A stretch of 60,753 nucleotides of DNA, counting the filler, from Bdellovibrionales bacterium RIFOXYD12_FULL_39_22 (lineage in GTDB: Bacteria; Bdellovibrionota; Bacteriovoracia; Bacteriovoracales; Bacteriovoracaceae), in assembly GCA_001770205.1 (NCBI GenBank). It is 7 parts of 7 records of this genome, joined end to end, with 100 filler letters (N's around TTAATTAATTAA, not from the genome) between each part and the next. Parts side by side here need not be neighbours in the genome. Positions count along the whole stretch, not along the records: positions 42,724 to 60,753 come from MEQL01000053.1; 6 more parts are not named here. One strand, 5' to 3'. The position numbers were made by a program, and so were the translations under genes. The notes beneath the pieces are model-generated. The model saw only the letters and a program-made list of their open reading frames with translations. It was not told the origin of the DNA and searched no databases. Positions 49,835-57,520 of this stretch are shown here, piece by piece (position 1 is the stretch's first letter; each line of letters starts with the position of its first letter).

Positions 49835-51198
49835 TACAAAAACCATCTCTACTAATTTGTGATGATGACTCTGAAATTCTCCAAACTCTACATCTCAGTC
49901 TAAAATCTTCTTACGACATCCAAACCTCCAACTCGGTAGAAAAAGCAAAACTACTTGCCATCAAACATGAATTTGATGCGGCCATCATTGATCTGAATTT
50001 TGAAGGGCAAGAATATGATGGAATTCATCTTCTTGATTTTCTCACTAAAAACTCACCTGGAACTTTTTTGATTGTTCTAAGTGGAGATACTTCCACCAGG
50101 CGCGTGATTGAGGCCTCCAGAAGAAGACTCTTTGAATTTATTGTTAAAGAGAAAAACTTTTTTACTCTACTTCTTTCTGCACTCAAGAAGGCCACGCAAA
50201 TCAAAGTGGCCAATCGCGAGCAAGCGCAAGCGAAATATCTCACCCAATCAACAGTGGTTAAAGATATGCTTCGCAAAGTGGACACCATTTTGCGAAGTAA
50301 TTCAGAGGCCCCCATTTTGATTTTAGGTGAGACTGGAACCGGAAAAGAATTTTTGGCCCAGCACATTGCCATGAATCTTAAAATCAAGGCCGTCACCGCC
50401 AACATGGGGTGCATTCCGAAGGATATGGCCGAGTCCATTTTGTTTGGACATGAAAAAGGTGCTTTCACCGGAGCTGTTGCCAACAAGATCGGGTTGATTG
50501 AAGCGGCCCACGGTGGACTTTTCTTTTTGGATGAAGTTGGCGAGAGCCCCTCGGCGGTGCAAACAAAACTCTTGCGTGTGCTACAAGAAAAAGAAGTGCA
50601 ACCACTGGGATCACTCAGATCGCGCAAAGTGGATGTGCGCTTTATCGCTGCCACCAACCGCAACCTTGACCAAATGGTAAGTGACGGCGACTTTCGCCTT
50701 GATCTGCTTCAGCGTTTAAATACGTTTGTTCTAAAACTCCCAGCACTGCGCGAGCGGCCCGAAGATATTATTTACTACGCCAACCTGTTTATTCAGGAGC
50801 TTTCACATAATGGCGCACGCTTTTACCTCACACCCGATGGAGAGCAAGCACTGCTCTCGCACAGGTGGCCCGGTAACATTCGGGAACTGCGCAATGTGAT
50901 TGAGCGCATTGTCGTCCTTTCACCCAAAATGAGCATTGACCAAAACGTAGTGGTCGAGGCACTACAAACAGGACAGCTACCAAGTGAAGTTGAAATTAAG
51001 ACAGTAGAAATTGTTGAAACCAACGCTCGCCGGGAAGAGGTTATCAAGGCCCTCACCGAATATAATGGCAACAAGCGAAAGGCCGCAGTCAGCCTTGGAG
51101 TAAGTGAGGCCACGCTGTATCGTTGGCTAAAAGAATTTGATCTTTCAAAAGTTTTAGGTGCAGATGCCTTTAAGGCAAAAACAGGAGCGCTCGTATGA
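49831..51198 (+). CDS. Sigma54-dependent response regulator (NtrC family)
   Basis: Receiver domain, GETGTGKE, GAFTGA, WPGNIREL, Fis-type HTH. Confidence 0.95.
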   Translation: MIQKPSLLICDDDSEILQTLHLSLKSSYDIQTSNSVEKAKLLAIKHEFDAAIIDLNFEGQEYDGIHLLDFLTKNSPGTFLIVLSGDTSTRRVIEASRRRLFEFIVKEKNFFTLLLSALKKATQIKVANREQAQAKYLTQSTVVKDMLRKVDTILRSNSEAPILILGETGTGKEFLAQHIAMNLKIKAVTANMGCIPKDMAESILFGHEKGAFTGAVANKIGLIEAAHGGLFFLDEVGESPSAVQTKLLRVLQEKEVQPLGSLRSRKVDVRFIAATNRNLDQMVSDGDFRLDLLQRLNTFVLKLPALRERPEDIIYYANLFIQELSHNGARFYLTPDGEQALLSHRWPGNIRELRNVIERIVVLSPKMSIDQNVVVEALQTGQLPSEVEIKTVEIVETNARREEVIKALTEYNGNKRKAAVSLGVSEATLYRWLKEFDLSKVLGADAFKAKTGALV

Positions 51199-51983
51199 TT
51201 AAGCTGACAAACATTTCATCCAAAAGCAAAAACGCACCCACGCTTTTTTTAATTGCAGGTGGGCCTGGACTTAGCTCGATTACGTTGCGATCAATGGATG
51301 TGCTGGCACGAAGTTTTAATCTTGCCTATGTGGATATGCCAGGCACCAACGGCAACCCATACACCAAAGATCACAGTCATCAAGAGTTGTCAGAAGCACT
51401 GCAATTGGCAGTCAAACAAGTTGCTGGCAAAAAGTTTGTCTTGGGGCATTCCTACGGTGGATTTTTGGCCGCTGATTGTTTGCTGGCTGGCGTATGTGAT
51501 GGGATTGTCTGTGTGGCCACTCCTTTTTCAGATGAATCTCTAAATGATGCTTCTAAAAATTACGAAACACACATGACTGATGCACTTGTGGCCGCAGGCA
51601 ATGAGTGGGGCAAAAAGAAAGATGATCGCGCTCTTGCTCGCTGGCTCTCTGAGTACGGCAAACTTTATTTTTGTAACCCCGATGGAAAGAACTTAATTTT
51701 AAATGACAAAGTATCGGCCAAATATTTTATCGCCAACCGTGGAGACATCGGCCCGACTGGTTCTGTTGATAAAGTGGCTCTGCTTCGTAACCTCAGCGCA
51801 TATAAATGCGTTAGGCTTTTTATCGCAGGAGCTGAAGATAAACTGCTTCCAGAAAAACTTTTAAAAGAGGATTCCAACCGTGGTGGATTTGATTTTGCAA
51901 GCGTCAAAGATGCAAGTCATTTTGTCACCTTCGATCAACCTGAAATTGTCGCCAGGCTGATTGAAGATAAACTGTTGCGATAA
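51195..51983 (+). CDS. Alpha/beta hydrolase (proline-iminopeptidase-like)
   Basis: AGGPG, GHSYGG nucleophile motif, D and ASH triad residues. Confidence 0.88.
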   Translation: MIKLTNISSKSKNAPTLFLIAGGPGLSSITLRSMDVLARSFNLAYVDMPGTNGNPYTKDHSHQELSEALQLAVKQVAGKKFVLGHSYGGFLAADCLLAGVCDGIVCVATPFSDESLNDASKNYETHMTDALVAAGNEWGKKKDDRALARWLSEYGKLYFCNPDGKNLILNDKVSAKYFIANRGDIGPTGSVDKVALLRNLSAYKCVRLFIAGAEDKLLPEKLLKEDSNRGGFDFASVKDASHFVTFDQPEIVARLIEDKLLR

Positions 51984-52000
51984 TAACAAGAGGGGGAACT

Positions 52001-52153
52001 ATGAAACATATTCTTCAAACTTTGGTGCTTGCTTTGGCCATCGCCGCAATTGCTCAGACAATTGCGCTAGCAAAGACAGACGCACCCAGCACAAAAGGAT
52101 GCAACAACCGCCATGCTCGCGCCTGTGGTGAAATCCACGAGCCAGGAATTTAG
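52001..52153 (+). CDS. 50-aa secreted peptide (not in ORF track)
   Basis: GAGGGGG RBS; MKHILQTLVLALAIAAIAQTIALA-KTDAPSTKGCNNRHARACGEIHEPGI*; fills the operon gap exactly. Confidence 0.75.
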   Translation: MKHILQTLVLALAIAAIAQTIALAKTDAPSTKGCNNRHARACGEIHEPGI

Positions 52154-52157
52154 CTGA

Positions 52158-52724
52158 ATGAAACTTGTTGGCCCAATTAACCACTACAGGGCCGATCTGT
52201 CAGGATGGATTGGGTCTGTAGTGATGTTTATTTTTGCCCTGTTTGCCACCTACCGCTGGCACACGACTGGTTTAATCTTTTTTGCTCTACTGGTCGTGAG
52301 AGACTTGGCCGCGAGTTGGTTTTTGCTTTCGAGAAATCCAAGCGCATCGGTACAAAGTTCAGTGAGACCCTGGAGGTTGACCGATCTGCTTGCCTACATC
52401 TCCAGCGCACTACCGTTGCTTTATCTTCCTGCGGAGTCAGCATCATCTTTTGCTGCACTCGCCAGCACGCTACTGGCCATTGCTGGCTTTACCATCTCCA
52501 CTCTGGCCCTGCTTGATCTTGGGACTTCATTTGGTGTGGCACCTGCTAACCGAGGCATTGTTCGCTCTGGCCTTTATCGCTACCTACGTCACCCTATGTA
52601 TGCAGGGTACGTGATTGCAGAGGTTGGTTTTGTTCTCCTGAATCCAGTAAATGCGGTGATTCTTGCGGCCTCATTTTTTTTCTATATTCTGAGAGCAAAA
52701 CTAGAGAATCGCATCTTTGACTAA
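52158..52724 (+). CDS. Isoprenylcysteine carboxyl methyltransferase (ICMT/PEMT)-family membrane protein
   Basis: GIVRSGLYRYLRHPMYAGY; multiple TM segments. Confidence 0.85.
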   Translation: MKLVGPINHYRADLSGWIGSVVMFIFALFATYRWHTTGLIFFALLVVRDLAASWFLLSRNPSASVQSSVRPWRLTDLLAYISSALPLLYLPAESASSFAALASTLLAIAGFTISTLALLDLGTSFGVAPANRGIVRSGLYRYLRHPMYAGYVIAEVGFVLLNPVNAVILAASFFFYILRAKLENRIFD

Positions 52725-52836
52725 GCTCAATAGCGCAGTCCGATTAAACATTATCTTCTTGTATTAGCTTGTCAAAAGCAGTCTTTGATGCTCTAATTTT
52801 AACCTAATTAAGGTTAAAACGCATAGGAGATACTTC

Positions 52837-53049
52837 GTGAACGAAACAGAACGATGGCTTTCAGTCGAAGAGATTGCTGCACATTTAGGTGTTTCTAAAG
52901 AGACCGTCTATCGTTGGCTAGAAAGAGAGAAGATCCCTGCTCATCGAGTTGGGCGTCTTTGGAAATTCAAGGCCAGTGAAGTCGATAAGTGGATTTGCGT
53001 AGGCGGAGCAGCCTCCTTAGATGGGCAACAGGAGCAACAACATGGCTAA
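52837..53049 (+). CDS. Excisionase-like HTH_17 DNA-binding protein
   Basis: WLSVEEIAAHLGVSKETVYRW..IPAHRVGRLWKF. Confidence 0.9.
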   Translation: MNETERWLSVEEIAAHLGVSKETVYRWLEREKIPAHRVGRLWKFKASEVDKWICVGGAASLDGQQEQQHG

Positions 53050-53755
53050 AAAGACAACTTCAACATCGTCCATTTCTGATAGTTACTTAGAAGCACTTAG
53101 GGCAATCAACGAATGGACAACGGTATCTGAGTGGGCCATTAAAGTTGGAGAAATGTTCCCAGAGCTTTTAGAGAAAGCTAATGCCGAAGCTAAAAAACAT
53201 AAACGTCCATCGACAGGAATCCGTGAAGTTGCAGCTCGAATAAGTTCGGCAGTGGCCATGGGGCGCTTTTCTGCAAAAATTGAAGTTGATGAATCTGAGC
53301 GACCTAAAAGGGTCAAAATTCTTTCTGAAGTTGATGCTGCAAATTATGAAGAGAGAGAAATTGAAGCTGATCTCGAACCATTAACCCGTGCACAACGAAT
53401 TAAATCTGATGAAGAATCGTTGGGAACAAAAGAGAGATATCGGGTTGCAGAATTGGACGCCATCATAAGACAATTAAAGGAGTTCTTTAATCTTGACTTT
53501 GAACTTGAACACGCAAAGGCAATTTTAAATCCAAATGATCCTGGTAAGCATCATCCAGATAATCTTCAAATTCTTCTAAAGTCGCACAATCGACTGAAAA
53601 GCAACGAAAACTGGGAGCGATTCTCTCTTCAAGAGCAAATTGAATATGTTCAGGCAGTAGTAAAAGTTCAAAAACTCGTATCAACAAAAATGAAAATTGA
53701 TCTTCATGAGGAAGTCATTGGATCAATTATCGAAAGACTGAAGCTAGTCTACTAA
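53042..53755 (+). CDS. HNH endonuclease-domain protein
   Basis: FELEHAKA..GKHHPDNLQILLKSHNRLKSN. Confidence 0.75.
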   Translation: MAKKTTSTSSISDSYLEALRAINEWTTVSEWAIKVGEMFPELLEKANAEAKKHKRPSTGIREVAARISSAVAMGRFSAKIEVDESERPKRVKILSEVDAANYEEREIEADLEPLTRAQRIKSDEESLGTKERYRVAELDAIIRQLKEFFNLDFELEHAKAILNPNDPGKHHPDNLQILLKSHNRLKSNENWERFSLQEQIEYVQAVVKVQKLVSTKMKIDLHEEVIGSIIERLKLVY

Positions 53756-53765
53756 GGGAAACTTC

Positions 53766-54059
53766 ATGGAAAAGCAAAAAGAGAAAAATGTAACCATCGC
53801 TATCGGCCTTGAAAAGCAGCTTTGGCTTATGGCCGACAAACTCCGCACCCACATGGACGGTACTATCTATAAGCACGTTGTCTTGGGGCTAATCTTTTTA
53901 AAATATGTTTCAGAATCTTTCGTGGATTGCTTTAATAAACTCAAGAACGAAGGAGATGGCTTCGAAGATGAGAAAGATGCTTACTTAGAAAAAATACGCA
54001 ATCTTCTTTTCCCTAAACTGATCTCTGGGGAAATTTATTTAAAGGGTGCAAATGTCTAG
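53766..54059 (+). pseudogene. Type I R-M scar: hsdM N-terminus fused to hsdS C-terminus
   Basis: LEKQLWLMADKLR..YKHVVLGLIFLKYVS (HsdM_N) then LEKIRNLLFPKLISGEI (typical HsdS tail). Confidence 0.8.
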
Positions 54060-54837
54060 TTTAACAGCGATAGAAAAAAATAAGCTCGAAAAGCTGTTCA
54101 GTATGAATTCTGGGTACGTTCTTCATTTTACAAATCGTACTTTTGAAAATTTCTTTTCTGATTTTGAGATAGAGATATATAACGAAAAATATAAACAGGG
54201 AGGTGACTCTAAAGCTAATCTTTTAAGAAGCTTTTGGAAGATTGAATCCGACCATTTGGTTGGCCAGGTTATTACTGCCTTGATCGAATCTGCAACCTCC
54301 TCTAATGAGGAAAAAGACCTGATTCAATCATGCAAGGAAATATCTCAAAGGCTTTTGTCTGGCAAAGTCAATCTCACAAATATTAAAACAACAGTTACCT
54401 CGTTCAATCTGAAGTATATTGAGAATCAGATTCGGCGAATCGAAAACTCAATAGACTCTGATCCAGATCTTGCAATTGGCACCTCAAAAGAGTTAGTTGA
54501 ATCTTGTTGTAAGACGATACTGGCAGAGCGAGCCGTTCATTTTGATGATAAAAGTGACGACCTCCCGAAGTTAGTAAAGCTGACCCTTAAAGAATTAAAT
54601 CTAATACCTGATTCAATTCAGGACTCTGTAAAAGGAGCTGATATTATTAAAAGGATTCTTTCTAATCTTTCTTCCGTTCTACAGGGAATCGGAGAGTTAA
54701 GAAATAAATATGGAACAGGTCATGGCAAACAAGGGAGTGCAAAAGGACTAAATCCTCGCCATGCACGACTGGTTGCTGGAGCGACGGCAACAATTGTTCA
54801 TTTCATTTTTGAGACACACCAAGTGAGGATTAATTGA
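54052..54837 (+). CDS. Abortive-infection family protein (AbiJ-like N-terminus + Abi_C HEPN-like domain)
   Basis: MNSGYVLHF..SKANLLRSFW; DPDLAIGTSKELVESCCKTIL; ELRNKYGTGHG. Confidence 0.85.
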   Translation: MSSLTAIEKNKLEKLFSMNSGYVLHFTNRTFENFFSDFEIEIYNEKYKQGGDSKANLLRSFWKIESDHLVGQVITALIESATSSNEEKDLIQSCKEISQRLLSGKVNLTNIKTTVTSFNLKYIENQIRRIENSIDSDPDLAIGTSKELVESCCKTILAERAVHFDDKSDDLPKLVKLTLKELNLIPDSIQDSVKGADIIKRILSNLSSVLQGIGELRNKYGTGHGKQGSAKGLNPRHARLVAGATATIVHFIFETHQVRIN

Positions 54838-55454
54838 TGGAAGCTATAGTTGGTATAGTCGGAGTAATTATTGGCGCAGGTATTACATGGGCGCAAACTT
54901 TGTGGATGCATAAACAAGAGCAGAATAAAAATGCTAAATACCTGGCTATTAGAGTCGTAAATACTCTACGGGAATATGTTTACAAGTGTTGGCTTGTATC
55001 TGTAGATGATGGTCTTAATCAAGGACAGAGAGATTCTAATGATTGCTTAGCTCCTCAAGCAAAAGACCCCGGACCTATTATTTACCCAGAAGATATAGAT
55101 TGGAAGAGTATAGATGCAAATTTGGCATATCAACTGCTCTCATTGCCAAACAAAGCGGAGTCGGCTGATCGAGCTATTTTAGCTGCCGTTGAATTTTGCT
55201 CAGGCCCCCCTGATTATGAAGAGGTCTTTGATGAACGACACATTAGATATTCATTGATTGGACTAGGAGTCCTTTCGTTAGAGAAAACACTATGTAAATT
55301 ATTTGAAATTCCACAAGAGCAATCATTGGATGACTGGGACCCAGCTAATGGTTTTCAAGAAGCGATTAAGCAAGTTGAGAATCGTCAGCTAAAACGAGCC
55401 GAGTCTCAGAAAAAACTTATGGATGAACTTGATAATTCAAAAGGAAAAAAATGA
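54837..55454 (+). CDS. Hypothetical protein with N-terminal TM helix
   Basis: About 205-aa ORF, translationally coupled to the abi gene. Confidence 0.75.
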   Translation: MEAIVGIVGVIIGAGITWAQTLWMHKQEQNKNAKYLAIRVVNTLREYVYKCWLVSVDDGLNQGQRDSNDCLAPQAKDPGPIIYPEDIDWKSIDANLAYQLLSLPNKAESADRAILAAVEFCSGPPDYEEVFDERHIRYSLIGLGVLSLEKTLCKLFEIPQEQSLDDWDPANGFQEAIKQVENRQLKRAESQKKLMDELDNSKGKK

Positions 55455-55579
55455 CATCAATTACTGAATACACCCTAGAACAAGAAAAAAAAATTGTTTG
55501 AAGTGCCATTTTATTAGTCGTGCAGGTCTTGAATTGCCGATAACAAATTGGAGTTTTTTTACAGAGAACGGAGAGATTG

Positions 55580-56353
55580 ATGAAACAAAATAAATCGAAA
55601 TATGGTGTTGCAGATATCATTCACACAGCGGAATTTTACGATGCCTTGAATACGTTCACAACAGACATTCCCTTTTATCTAAAAGAGGCCAAGAAAGCTC
55701 GTGGGCCTGTATTGGAACTGTGTTGCGGGACAGGGCGAATCACCTTGCCACTAGCTCAAGCAGGTATTGATATTACTGGAATTGATATTTCGTCTTCAAT
55801 GTTAAATTGCGCCAAAGAAAAGGCATCTGCTTTAGGGGTGAAAAATGCAACTTTTCATCTCGGCGATATGAGGAAATTAAAACTGAGGCAGAAATATAAA
55901 CTTATTTTTATACCCTTTAACTCACTTCAAAATACTTACTCTATTAGTGACATTGAGAAAGTTTTTTTAGCGGTTCGATCACACCTTACTCCTGATGGCA
56001 GATTTGTTTTTGTAGTCTTTAATCCAAGTTTAGAATTTATCGTGAAAAGTAAAAAACTACAAAAAGGGAAATATAAATTTCGATTAAAAGATGGAAAGAA
56101 AGTAGCGATTGACGAAATTTGCACTTATGATGTCGCTGGACAAGTAAATCGAGTTACTTGGTACTACCGAATTAATAATCAAAAACCTATTCCAGAAAAG
56201 CTTGATATGCGCTGTTTTTTTCCACAAGAGTTGGATGCACTTTTAAAATATAATGGATTCAAAATATTAAAGAAGTACGGAACTTACGATAGAAAACAAT
56301 TTACAGGCGACTCTGCTAGGCAGTTGTATATTTGCAAGAGAACAGCAGAATGA
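55580..56353 (+). CDS. Class I SAM-dependent methyltransferase
   Basis: VLELCCGTGR, GIDIS, GDMR, IPFNSL. Confidence 0.9.
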   Translation: MKQNKSKYGVADIIHTAEFYDALNTFTTDIPFYLKEAKKARGPVLELCCGTGRITLPLAQAGIDITGIDISSSMLNCAKEKASALGVKNATFHLGDMRKLKLRQKYKLIFIPFNSLQNTYSISDIEKVFLAVRSHLTPDGRFVFVVFNPSLEFIVKSKKLQKGKYKFRLKDGKKVAIDEICTYDVAGQVNRVTWYYRINNQKPIPEKLDMRCFFPQELDALLKYNGFKILKKYGTYDRKQFTGDSARQLYICKRTAE

Positions 56354-56446
56354 CTGTTTGTGTCGACGATATAACCACGGAGCTTGCAAAGCAACTCTGT
56401 TGAGATTAGGCAGAATGGTTTATTTGAAGAGTTAAAGGATTGATAA

Positions 56447-57520
56447 ATGGAAAGAGATATACCAATCTATGACCCTACCTCAGTTGAAATTCCAGAAGCA
56501 GTAACACTCGCTGCTCAAGAAGGGTGTCTTTCATTTTTTATTGGTAACGGGTTATCAAGATTGTTTAAAATTCCTTCTTGGGATGATCTCGTAAATCGTA
56601 TGCTGGAAGAGTTAGCCAAAAATGGCGTCATAAATCACAGCGATGCTTCTCTTCTGAAAGAACAGCCTTTGAAGGTCAAATTTTCGATTGCAGATCATTA
56701 CTTTAAGAGAAACAGTCATGAAAAAAACTCTAACCCTAAAGAAGGTTTAAGTTACAAAAAAATGCTATCAATACCAAACGGTAGCGAAAAGAAAAGCATA
56801 TTTAGACTACTTGCTAAATGTGGAGTCAAATTCATCACTACGAATTACGATACTTTGCTTGATGAGGCTCTTGTAGAAAGATTTAGAACAAAAAGTGATT
56901 TCAATACTCCTGAAGAGATAGATAATCTTGAACCCCAAATTGTTGACTCCATCGAAGTAATTAATAAAGAAAAAGAATTTTTAATTTTTAGCCACCCAAG
57001 TGAACTTAGAAGTATTGCACAAATAGAGCAAAATGTACTTTTACATTTGCATGGCTCCATTGCATCTCCGGAATCAGAGAGAAAAATCATAGCTTCTACC
57101 GCAGACTATCTAGGCTTATATACAGATGAAAAATTGATGGATAAAGTCCGAGATCTCTTGAAGGAACAGACTATAGTTTTTCTTGGATATGGTCTTGATG
57201 AACTAGAGATTTTAGAGCTTGTTCTACGATCCGCTGCCATTGTTGATAATCAGGCGGACTCCCAACAGCAATTTTTCCTTTTGCTTCCGGTGCTTTCCCA
57301 TCAAGCACCTATTTTAAAGCATCTTTCAATCTATTGGGAGGAACAGCTAGGTATAAAAATTCTAGCTTATAATATTGATAAAAAAGGATATGACTCAATT
57401 GAAGAAGTTATTGAGACTTGGTCTGCTGTTTTGTCAAAGAGATCTAAAGCCCCTCCTCGTGTAAAACACGTTAACTTGATGGATGATCTCATGAGTCGAT
57501 TTGATGGAGCTGTTGAATGA
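56447..57520 (+). CDS. SIR2-like (SIR2_2) NADase-domain protein
   Basis: FIGNGLSR, PSWDDL, ITTNYD, LHLHGS, VFLGYGLDE. Confidence 0.9.
   Translation: MERDIPIYDPTSVEIPEAVTLAAQEGCLSFFIGNGLSRLFKIPSWDDLVNRMLEELAKNGVINHSDASLLKEQPLKVKFSIADHYFKRNSHEKNSNPKEGLSYKKMLSIPNGSEKKSIFRLLAKCGVKFITTNYDTLLDEALVERFRTKSDFNTPEEIDNLEPQIVDSIEVINKEKEFLIFSHPSELRSIAQIEQNVLLHLHGSIASPESERKIIASTADYLGLYTDEKLMDKVRDLLKEQTIVFLGYGLDELEILELVLRSAAIVDNQADSQQQFFLLLPVLSHQAPILKHLSIYWEEQLGIKILAYNIDKKGYDSIEEVIETWSAVLSKRSKAPPRVKHVNLMDDLMSRFDGAVE

Noticed and set aside
50025..50663. Long antisense ORFs (also 41222-41725, 40886-41215, 44817-45254)
   Set aside because: Shadows of well-supported genes on the opposite strand, with no RBS or motifs.
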